In this document: piece by piece, positions 50,607 through 58,617 of the stretch | How positions within the stretch are numbered: position 1 is the first letter of the stretch | Layout: every line of letters starts with the position of its first letter | Assembly: GCA_016214845.1 (NCBI GenBank) | Contig: JACRMS010000003.1 | Coordinates: 24,110 to 88,109, forward strand | From: Nitrospirota bacterium | Lineage (GTDB): Bacteria > Nitrospirota > Thermodesulfovibrionia > UBA6902 | DNA: 64,000 nucleotides | Direction of reading: 5' to 3' | Position numbers and translations under genes: made by a program | Notes under the pieces: generated by a model | What the model was told of the DNA's origin: nothing | The model's database searches: none | The model's input: the letters and a program-made list of their open reading frames with translations, nothing else

Positions 50607-52655
50607 ATGAAACTGACACGACATCAACTAATTTTAAATGCCATATTCTGCACAGCGCTTTTAATTGTCATTCTCTGGGCGCTGTACAGCGAATACAATC
50701 GTCCGTGGAAAAAGTATCAGAAGGAAAAAAAAATCCAGCAGCTCTATCTTCAGGATATCGGCGGAACCGACCGCTGCATCACATGCCATCAGGGAGCGGA
50801 CAAACCCGGGTTCATCAACAGACCCCAGCCTTTTAAAACCCATTCGGGAGATTACCTGAAACATCATCCTGTTGAAAAATTCGGCTGTGTTGTCTGCCAT
50901 CAGGGACAGGGCGCGGCTTTGACAGTTGATGCGGCGCACGGCAATGTGAAGAACTGGACAAAGCCGATTTTGAAGGGTCCTTTTGCGCAATCTTCATGCG
51001 GAAAATGTCATTCCATGGACCAGGCGCTGCCGCTGAATGTTGAATTAAAGGGCGCATCGGCTTTTGTCGAGGGATGGAAACTTTTCAACGAGAACAATTG
51101 TCTTGGATGCCACAAACTCACCGGATACAAAGTGCCTGACAGAATCGCACCCGCTCTCACATCAATAGGCAATAAGGTCAACAGGGAATGGCTGATAAAA
51201 TGGCTGAAAAATCCAAAGGACTATCTGCCGAAAACAAAAATGCCGCGCTTTGACCTCAGTGATGAGGAGATCGGTTATGTCGCGGATTTTTTGATGGGTA
51301 AAAAAAATAACCCCTCCTTGTTCCTCCCCTTAGATAAGGGGAGGTTAGGTGGGGTTACAGGGAATGCAAATGGCATTCTTATATCACTCGGCTGTCTCGG
51401 CTGCCACACGATTGATGGGAACGGAAACAGTTTCGCTCCTGATCTGTCAAATATCGGCAGTAAGGTCAATGCGGACTGGCTTGTTCAATATTTGAAAAAC
51501 CCGAAGGCTTATCAGGCAAAGACACCTATGCCTAACCTCATGATAGCTGATGGAGAAATCCAAAGCATTGTCGGTTATCTTATGAGTTTGGAAGGGGATA
51601 ATCACAAAATAATAAATCCCCCTGCATCCCCCTTTTTCAAAGGGGGAGATCATTCCCCTCTATCAAGAGGGGTTAGGGGTGTGTCCTCCTCTTTAGCAAA
51701 GAGGGGCGAGGAAAAATTTTCCGAAAACATCGACAAGGGCAGAAAGCTTGTAAAAGACAAAGGCTGCACAGGCTGCCATGAGATAGAAAAATTTCCAACC
51801 GGATACGATGCCCCGACGCTTGACGGGATAGGAAGCAAAAGGGTTGATGAACTGGTTTTCGGCGATATCACCGGCGTTGATAAGACCCTGACAAATTGGC
51901 TGATGATCAAGGTTCAGGATCCCGAAAGGTTTGCCACAGACAGGATTGTGACGCGTATGCCAAATTATAATTTCAGTAAAGAGCAGGCAGAGGCGCTGGT
52001 GACTTTTCTCCTCGGCATAAGAAATGAATCAATCCCGTCAACTTACAAAAAGACGCTACTTGATCCTGACAAGCCAGAGATGAGAGGTGAAAGTGTTTTT
52101 GAGAAATATAACTGCGCGGGTTGCCACAAGTTTAATGATAAAGGCGGCAATATCGCCCCTGATATCAGTAAGGAAGCAAAAAAGAGCAGGCCGGAATGGT
52201 TATTCGCTTTTCTGAAAAGCCCGTATAAAATACGCCCTGAGTTTATGCTCAAAGCAAAGATGCCGGATTTCAATTTGTCCGATAAGGAAGTCAATTCCAT
52301 AGTCGGATACCTGGCCGCTGTCTCCGGAGAATCTTTCCCATATAATTTTGAACCAAAAAAAGAAGTTAGCGCAGGGGACATTGATGACGGTGAAAAATTA
52401 TACCAGGAAATATTTGCGTGCACTGGTTGTCATTCCGCGAACGGGCGCGGCGGGCAGATTGGCCCCGATCATACTGATGTGTCAAGCCGTTTGAAAAGGG
52501 AATGGATCGAGCAGTGGCTGAAAGACCCTCAAGCCGTACAGCCTGACGTCAGGATGCCGAAATTTAAATTCAGGGACTGGGAGTTTGAGGCATTAACTAA
52601 TTACCTCATGACCCTCGGCAAATACAGGTTTGTGCGGACAAAGAATGCTGATTAG
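50607..52655 (+). CDS. membrane-anchored octahaem c-type cytochrome subunit
   Basis: N-terminal TM helix LILNAIFCTALLIVILWALY. Eight CXXCH motifs, several in class-I-like modules (CLGCHKL...KTKMPRF, CAGCHKF...KAKMPDF, CTGCHSA...DVRMPKF). Confidence 0.85.
   Translation: MKLTRHQLILNAIFCTALLIVILWALYSEYNRPWKKYQKEKKIQQLYLQDIGGTDRCITCHQGADKPGFINRPQPFKTHSGDYLKHHPVEKFGCVVCHQGQGAALTVDAAHGNVKNWTKPILKGPFAQSSCGKCHSMDQALPLNVELKGASAFVEGWKLFNENNCLGCHKLTGYKVPDRIAPALTSIGNKVNREWLIKWLKNPKDYLPKTKMPRFDLSDEEIGYVADFLMGKKNNPSLFLPLDKGRLGGVTGNANGILISLGCLGCHTIDGNGNSFAPDLSNIGSKVNADWLVQYLKNPKAYQAKTPMPNLMIADGEIQSIVGYLMSLEGDNHKIINPPASPFFKGGDHSPLSRGVRGVSSSLAKRGEEKFSENIDKGRKLVKDKGCTGCHEIEKFPTGYDAPTLDGIGSKRVDELVFGDITGVDKTLTNWLMIKVQDPERFATDRIVTRMPNYNFSKEQAEALVTFLLGIRNESIPSTYKKTLLDPDKPEMRGESVFEKYNCAGCHKFNDKGGNIAPDISKEAKKSRPEWLFAFLKSPYKIRPEFMLKAKMPDFNLSDKEVNSIVGYLAAVSGESFPYNFEPKKEVSAGDIDDGEKLYQEIFACTGCHSANGRGGQIGPDHTDVSSRLKREWIEQWLKDPQAVQPDVRMPKFKFRDWEFEALTNYLMTLGKYRFVRTKNAD
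51310..51356. repeat. in-frame palindromic insertion 1 inside the octahaem cytochrome gene
   Basis: cccctccttgttCCTCCCCTTagataAGGGGAGGttaggtgggg. It is translated as PSLFLPLDKGRLGGV in a linker between cytochrome c modules. Confidence 0.7.
51617..51711. repeat. in-frame palindromic insertion 2 (three small hairpins) inside the octahaem cytochrome gene
   Basis: TCCCCCTttttcaaAGGGGGA, CCCCTCTatcaAGAGGGG and CCTCCTCTTTagcAAAGAGGgGcGAGG. Translated as PPASPFFKGGDHSPLSRGVRGVSSSLAKRGEE. Confidence 0.7.
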
Positions 52656-52810
52656 CAGCGGCGCGCCGAATTAGAAATTGTTCACATTACCCCCCCTGCA
52701 CCGGAACCCCTTTATTTTTCAGGTAAAGCTATTTGTCTAAAGAACCGAAAAGCATATATGTCATTACGTTATCATAATGGCATTAAAGACTGAACATTGA
52801 ACTTTAGAAT

Positions 52811-54850
52811 ATGACAGTATACTATATCAACCAAATGCTCATCCGGCTCTTGATAATATTCGCTATGCTGTCTGCTGTCCCGTCATATGCAGAGGACTCC
52901 ATTGTGAACATCATTAAGAAATACGAAAATACATTCCTGTCGCAGAGCGCCGGTGAGGACAGTAAGGTAATGTTAAAGGACCTGCTGTCACGAAGCTGCG
53001 GGGGACATTCGGATTTTGAAACCGAGGCCGCGTTCAGGAAAGAGCTTATCTCCGATTCGGAAAAAGACACGGGGTTGCATCTTGAGGGCGGATACAATTT
53101 TAATTCACGTGCCGAAGCTGAGATCAACAGGAAACAGCATCTCTACCTCGGGGTCTACTGGGATGTGCTCCGTGACGGGTATTACGCCGGGAAAAGGCGG
53201 GCATCTTCACATGAGAACGAACTCCGTATCCTGGAACTCAGGCAGCAGGAGATAAGACGCCGGGAGGACCTGCCCTGTTACGTTAATGCCATTATCTCGG
53301 AGTTCAGCTCAGCTAAACTGAAAATGCTGCATGACAAGCATCAGTTCCTGCAGGATGTCCTTCCCGAACTGAAGAGGCTCTACTATCTCGGATATTTGCC
53401 CTTTGAAGAGATAAGCGATCTCAAGAGCGAGACCGTTCAGACGGAAAACAGGATATCTCAGTATTATTACTTCAGCAGGCTGGCATCTCCGGCGGGGATT
53501 TCACCCGCATCTTCGGATATTGCACACAAAAGTTTTCCCGTCTTTGACGTGGACCTTGACGGGCTCCTCCGGGAAACAGACGCCAACGACACAACAGACA
53601 GGACAATCGGATTCAAAAAAGAGATACTGGACAATAAATATTCCCGCTGGAACGACGTGCGCTTAAAATTGTTTGCCCGAGCAAACACATATGAGGACAG
53701 CTCTAAATTTGACGAAGGCGCCTCACTCGGTTTTTACTTTTCAGTCCCTTTAAATGTGTTCAGGGAAAAGGCCGTCACGAGCGCTGAACTCGAAAGGGAT
53801 GCGGCAATGCTCCGCAGGGAGCAGAGCGGCAACATCGAGGACATTGTTGAAACCTGGTATGAATTAAAGTACAAGATCGACGATGTTATAAAGATGTACG
53901 GGAAAAAGCTGCATGTAACGGAGAAATTGAGGAGGGAAACCGTCAGGCAGGATTTCGACCCTGACAACTTTGATATGCTGCTTGCCGTCAGTCTGATGAA
54001 GGACCTTATGGATATTGACTTTGAAATGCTCGACGCTAAAGAGAAGGCTTACCTGAGGACGGCAAGGCTTTACGCCCTGTCGAAAGCGGAGAATTTTACG
54101 CAGTATGTAAACGAGGTCGAACTCAATGAACGGAATTTCGAGTTCAGAAGGCCCGGCGAGAGGGCGCTGTACATCTGGTCGGACGCCTTTAACAGGGAGG
54201 ACAACCGGTTCATTATCGAATTCGCTGTAACCAAGACTATCTCAACGATCATCCTGTCTTTCAGCGAAAAAACGGACCTCTCGAAGCTCAGCGTTTTTTT
54301 GGGTGAGGCGAAAAAGAGAAACATTTCCGTAGAGTTGATGGTAAGCTCTAACAACTGGATATTCCCTGAGAGGGCCGCGGAAGCGGAGACAAAATTAAAG
54401 GACATCCTGAACTACGGTCCTTCCGTCTCCGCTGTGCATATTGATATTGAGCCTCATACCCTTGAGGGCTGGAAGACAAACAGGGACGAATACATGGGCC
54501 TGTATATCGGAATGCTTGAAAGGATGAAAGAGATTGTTGCCGGTAAAATAAAAATGTCCGTATCAATTCCCGTCTTTTATGACGCTAAGTATCTCCCCCG
54601 GATCTTTCATGCGGCGGACAGGGTCTATGTCATGGCGTACGAAATAAAAGACATCGACAAATTGAAGAACGGGCTGCAGGAGGCAATGGAGGTTGATAAA
54701 GGGAAAATAGTTTTGGCCCTGAGGCCCAAAGATTTCACTAACGAATTGGAAATGGAAGAGTTCATCGAGAAGGTAATGGGCACTACGGGACTGGGCTCAT
54801 TTGCCTTCCATGATTTTGGCCAACATATAAATATTACGAGGCAGCCATGA
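52811..54850 (+). CDS. secreted fusion: TolC/OEP-like N-terminal half plus glycoside-hydrolase-like TIM-barrel C-terminal half
   Basis: Signal peptide ...LSAVPSYAED. OEP-like heptad/beta pattern (GLHLEGGYNFNS...LYLGVYWDVLRDGYYAGKRRA). C-terminal ...VELMVSSNNW...VHIDIEPH...VYVMAYE. Both domain calls were made by eye. Confidence 0.45.
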   Translation: MTVYYINQMLIRLLIIFAMLSAVPSYAEDSIVNIIKKYENTFLSQSAGEDSKVMLKDLLSRSCGGHSDFETEAAFRKELISDSEKDTGLHLEGGYNFNSRAEAEINRKQHLYLGVYWDVLRDGYYAGKRRASSHENELRILELRQQEIRRREDLPCYVNAIISEFSSAKLKMLHDKHQFLQDVLPELKRLYYLGYLPFEEISDLKSETVQTENRISQYYYFSRLASPAGISPASSDIAHKSFPVFDVDLDGLLRETDANDTTDRTIGFKKEILDNKYSRWNDVRLKLFARANTYEDSSKFDEGASLGFYFSVPLNVFREKAVTSAELERDAAMLRREQSGNIEDIVETWYELKYKIDDVIKMYGKKLHVTEKLRRETVRQDFDPDNFDMLLAVSLMKDLMDIDFEMLDAKEKAYLRTARLYALSKAENFTQYVNEVELNERNFEFRRPGERALYIWSDAFNREDNRFIIEFAVTKTISTIILSFSEKTDLSKLSVFLGEAKKRNISVELMVSSNNWIFPERAAEAETKLKDILNYGPSVSAVHIDIEPHTLEGWKTNRDEYMGLYIGMLERMKEIVAGKIKMSVSIPVFYDAKYLPRIFHAADRVYVMAYEIKDIDKLKNGLQEAMEVDKGKIVLALRPKDFTNELEMEEFIEKVMGTTGLGSFAFHDFGQHINITRQP

Positions 54851-55866
54851 AACTGAGAAACAAACAGACTTATATCAGGACAACAAAGGAAGAATTTACC
54901 GGGGGGAAGACAAACATAAGCAAGCTTATCTATTTTTCCGTGCTTATACTGTTAGCTTGCTTTGTCCTGTTCTATCTCTTCAGTAAGTTCTATTACGTCA
55001 ACGGCATCGGACAGGTCGTTTTCGATGTGACATATGTACAACCGGACAGGGACATAAGGATAGAAAAATTCCTGGTCGGGGAGGGAACGTTCGTAAAAAA
55101 AGGCGACCCCCTTATCGAGTACGAAACTTCAAGCTACCTCTATAATGTAAACACGCCCGGCGATGAAGGAAGACAGAGATATGATATGGACACTTTCAGG
55201 CTCCACAGGGACCTGGAAGAAAAAAAGATAGAAAAGACAGGCATCGAAAAAGAACTTGAACTGCTGCAAGGCCAGCTCGACAGCATATACAGGCTTCAGT
55301 CCCTCGAAATTTATATGAGAAAGGACATGTTGCCTGTGACAAAAAGGATTGACGAGCTCAGGCTCAAAAAGGACCTTATTGAAAATGAGATCACTCTGCT
55401 GAATGAACTGACCGGCCAGGTCCCCAGGGGCGCAGCGCGCCAGGGTGCAGGTGTTCAATCTTTTGATTACAGCGGCAAAGGAATAATTCAGTCGCCTTCA
55501 GACGGACAGGTAACAAAGCTTTACAGGGAAACTTATGAGGTCGTGCCCAAGGGAGACAACATTATTGCAATCCATCAGGTCCAAAATCCGAGGATAAAGG
55601 CGTACTTTGAGCAGAATGATATACAACACATTGCTTCCGGGCTGAAAGTTGACATTGAGTTTCCCGACGGCACAGGCGGCTGCGGGGTCATTGATAAACA
55701 TTATCCGTACACAACCCTGCCGCTCCCGGAGGAGCTTCAGATGAAATCCGAACCGGTGCACAGGTCGCTTGTCGCTGACATAACACCCTGTAAGGGGGAT
55801 GAAGAACGATGGAAATATTTTTATAAAATGAACGTGAAAGTAAAGGTAAAAAGATGGAAAAAATAA
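54847..55866 (+). CDS. HlyD/membrane-fusion-like periplasmic adaptor
   Basis: Single N-terminal TM helix. Lipoyl-like halves (IEKFLVGEGTFVKKGDPLIEYE and GIIQSPSDGQVTKLY) flank a coiled coil. ATGA overlap with the upstream gene. Confidence 0.65.
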   Translation: MKLRNKQTYIRTTKEEFTGGKTNISKLIYFSVLILLACFVLFYLFSKFYYVNGIGQVVFDVTYVQPDRDIRIEKFLVGEGTFVKKGDPLIEYETSSYLYNVNTPGDEGRQRYDMDTFRLHRDLEEKKIEKTGIEKELELLQGQLDSIYRLQSLEIYMRKDMLPVTKRIDELRLKKDLIENEITLLNELTGQVPRGAARQGAGVQSFDYSGKGIIQSPSDGQVTKLYRETYEVVPKGDNIIAIHQVQNPRIKAYFEQNDIQHIASGLKVDIEFPDGTGGCGVIDKHYPYTTLPLPEELQMKSEPVHRSLVADITPCKGDEERWKYFYKMNVKVKVKRWKK

Positions 55867-57257
55867 TTCTCATAACAGACAAACCGGAACAGGGCAAAGG
55901 CCTGTTTTCCCGGGTCCTCAGTCTTGATTCACTGGACTTAGAAGCTCTCAAAGATTTCGAGGCGGTTTTCATTGAAGCAGCGGATGCAGCCCGGGTTGAG
56001 GACACCGTAAGGGGAATAAAGGACCACCATGACATCAACGTTTACCTGAAGCCCCTCTTCCTGCTTGTAAAAGAGCAGGCCAAAGATGAGCGGCTCGCGG
56101 GCCTGCTGGACGGGACCATTGTCAAAGGCAATACGCTTGAGGAATCAATAAAAGCGGAGACCGGCAACATCCGGGGCATCAATAAAAAAATACAGGACAT
56201 CGCGGCTGCCGGACACGCCGATGACAACAGCATCACAACAAAGATACTGAGATATCTCTTCAGCCGCGGGCGGAAATTGTCCCCCATCCGCTCGGTAAGG
56301 TCCAGGTTCGGATATTTCTTCCCGGCACTGAACGCGTATCATTCAAAGGAAGATATCCAGGTATTCACCCTCCTGGATTTCATGAAGAAGGAGCAACTGC
56401 TTTCCGGCGTTTTCAGAGACCGGATACATCTGTGCAATTACTGCAACTCCGCCTTCCTGAATTTCAGGGAAACCTGCCCCCTGTGTAAATCGGCGGACCT
56501 CATAGTAAACGATCTCGTTCACCATTTTGTCTGCGGTTACACAGGCCCTGAAACAGACTTCAGGCAGGAAAACAGGACCGTTTGTCCCAAGTGCAGGACC
56601 GAACTTAAGCATATCGGCGTGGATTTTGACAGGCCTTCCGTTGTCTATGAATGCGCGGAATGCAAAGAGGTTTTTCAGGAGCCGGCAGTCGATTCCCTGT
56701 GCATAGCTTGCGGGAAGACATCCAGTGCGGACGACCTCGTTACCGAGGACATTGAAGAGTATGATCTGACGTCCCTTGGCAGGAACGCGGCATTCTCCGG
56801 GATTGATATGCTCTTTGTGAATATCCTGAAAAAAGAAGTGAACGTCTTGAGTCTCGATACATTCAAAGAGATCCTGAACCTTGAGGTCTTGAGGATCAAG
56901 AGATACAAGAACGTGGCAAGTTCAATCACGGCGCTTCACATGGACAACCTCGACCGTATCCAGACGGAGCTGGGATCAAAGGGGCAGTCTGTTTTCATGG
57001 AGATAGCAAAAGTCATCAGGGGATATGTCAGGGAGACAGACGTTGTTACAATGACGGGTAATTCTCTCTACCTGTTCTTATTTATTGAAACCCCCCTGGA
57101 AAACGTCCAGGGCGTTATGGACCGGTTGAAGAAATCCGTTGAGAAGCCCCTGACAGACAACCTGAACTTTTCTCCCTCCATCCGGACAATATCTCTTCCT
57201 GTTGACGGGAAAGCAGACGCGGCAGAACTCATAAATAATCTGTTAAAAGCAAGATGA
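55854..57257 (+). CDS. regulatory protein: N-terminal REC-like region, five-CxxC zinc-ribbon module, degenerate GGDEF domain with intact RxxD I-site
   Basis: CNYC, CPLC, CPKC, CAEC, CIAC between residues 194 and 286. GGDEF-fold pattern ...ALHMDNLDRIQTELGSKGQSVFMEIAKVIRGYVRETDVVTMTGNSLYLF (GGDEF replaced by GNSLY, with RETD five residues upstream). Confidence 0.6.
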   Translation: MEKIILITDKPEQGKGLFSRVLSLDSLDLEALKDFEAVFIEAADAARVEDTVRGIKDHHDINVYLKPLFLLVKEQAKDERLAGLLDGTIVKGNTLEESIKAETGNIRGINKKIQDIAAAGHADDNSITTKILRYLFSRGRKLSPIRSVRSRFGYFFPALNAYHSKEDIQVFTLLDFMKKEQLLSGVFRDRIHLCNYCNSAFLNFRETCPLCKSADLIVNDLVHHFVCGYTGPETDFRQENRTVCPKCRTELKHIGVDFDRPSVVYECAECKEVFQEPAVDSLCIACGKTSSADDLVTEDIEEYDLTSLGRNAAFSGIDMLFVNILKKEVNVLSLDTFKEILNLEVLRIKRYKNVASSITALHMDNLDRIQTELGSKGQSVFMEIAKVIRGYVRETDVVTMTGNSLYLFLFIETPLENVQGVMDRLKKSVEKPLTDNLNFSPSIRTISLPVDGKADAAELINNLLKAR

Positions 57258-58567
57258 CCGAATTTTTTGCGGACTTCCACGAGTTTTACCGGAATATGGG
57301 ATTTACAAAATTCCTTCGGCTGTTCTGGTATTTCGCTGTATTTGATTTCGTCCGGTATGTCGTGGGTGATTATATTGTTTTTGCCCTGTCCGTTATAAAA
57401 AGGAAAAAGAAAGAAGCGCAGTACAGCACGGCACGGGCCGACCTTTTTAACGACCGGCCGCTCGTATCAGTCATCGCCCCGGGGAAAAATGAGGGGAAGC
57501 ACATCCCCGGGCTCGCAAGGTCCCTGAAATTACAGACGTATAAGAACTATGAATTGATCATCGCTGACGACGGTTCTGATGATGACACCCCCGCCGTCTG
57601 CAGGCAGATGCTGCGGGAAAGGCTGATCGGCAGGTATTTCAGAAATGACGTAAGGGGAGGGAAGGCCTCAGCGGCAAATCTCGCGTTAAGGTACAGCCGC
57701 GGGAAATTTATTGTGCATGTTGACGCGGACACTTATCTGGACAGAAACGCAATTGAGAACATCATCACCCCTTTCTATCTCGATGAGAAAATAGGCGCGG
57801 TGGGCGGCGATGTCCGAGTGGCCAACAGCGATGGGTCTTTGGCAGCGTCCCTGCAGGCGATAGAGTATTTCAAAAGCATATCCATCGGGAGGTGGGTCTC
57901 CTCAACGTTCGGTATACTGAGGATAGTGCCGGGCGCTTTCGGCGCCTTCAGGAAGGACATTCTTGACAAGCTGAAAGGGTGGGACGTCGGCCCCGGTCTG
58001 GACGGGGATTTAACGGTCAAGATAAGAAAACTGCACTACAGGATCATCTTTGAGCACACGGCGTTTTGCCATACAAATGTCCCTGATACCTTTGCTAAAC
58101 TGGCAAGGCAGAGATACAGATGGGACCGGTCGCTCGTCAGGTTCAGGCTCAGGAAACACAGGGACGTATTTATGCCCTCGGAGAATTTCCGGTTCAACGA
58201 CTTTTTCTCCTTTCTTGAGAACTTCCTGTTCAATTTCATACTGAACCTCAAATGGTGGGTGTATCTCATTGACATCCTGCTGAATTATTCTTCCCTGATT
58301 AAATTTATTATCCCTATGAACTACATACTCTATTATTTGTCAAACATAATCCAGTATGTCATCGGTGTCATACTGCTCGGCAGGACCATAACAAAGAAAG
58401 AGTTGAAACTGTTCATATATCTCCCCCTCATGCCTTTATATACAACATTGTATATGAGAATTGTCAGGACGTATGCCTATCTGGGTGAACTGGTCTTCAA
58501 GCTGTCGTATAAGGACCGGTGGAACCCCGCCAAGGTCTCCCGCAAGGCCCTTGAAAAGGGGTTGTGA
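57254..58567 (+). CDS. processive family-2 glycosyltransferase (PgaC/IcaA/cellulose-synthase-like)
   Basis: IADDGSDDDT, VDADT, GAFGAFRK, QRYRW (Q(R/Q)xRW) motifs. TM helices at both ends. ATGA overlap with the upstream gene. Confidence 0.8.
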   Translation: MTEFFADFHEFYRNMGFTKFLRLFWYFAVFDFVRYVVGDYIVFALSVIKRKKKEAQYSTARADLFNDRPLVSVIAPGKNEGKHIPGLARSLKLQTYKNYELIIADDGSDDDTPAVCRQMLRERLIGRYFRNDVRGGKASAANLALRYSRGKFIVHVDADTYLDRNAIENIITPFYLDEKIGAVGGDVRVANSDGSLAASLQAIEYFKSISIGRWVSSTFGILRIVPGAFGAFRKDILDKLKGWDVGPGLDGDLTVKIRKLHYRIIFEHTAFCHTNVPDTFAKLARQRYRWDRSLVRFRLRKHRDVFMPSENFRFNDFFSFLENFLFNFILNLKWWVYLIDILLNYSSLIKFIIPMNYILYYLSNIIQYVIGVILLGRTITKKELKLFIYLPLMPLYTTLYMRIVRTYAYLGELVFKLSYKDRWNPAKVSRKALEKGL

Positions 58568-58568
58568 G

Positions 58569-58617
58569 TTATTGCACTTTTGTGCTTCTTAACTTTTGCA
58601 CCTTTACACTATTGCCC
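58569..58617. repeat. heptad-like word repeat at the convergent junction of the GT2 and PAS genes
   Basis: ttattgcacttttgtgcttcttaacttttgcacctttacactattgc. It overlaps the last codons of the minus-strand PAS gene. Confidence 0.6.

Noticed and set aside
50558-50836. ORF 50558..50836 overlapping the start of the octahaem cytochrome gene.
   Set aside because: It runs through the G-rich repeat and lies out of frame with a gene carrying 8 CXXCH motifs. It has no motif of its own.
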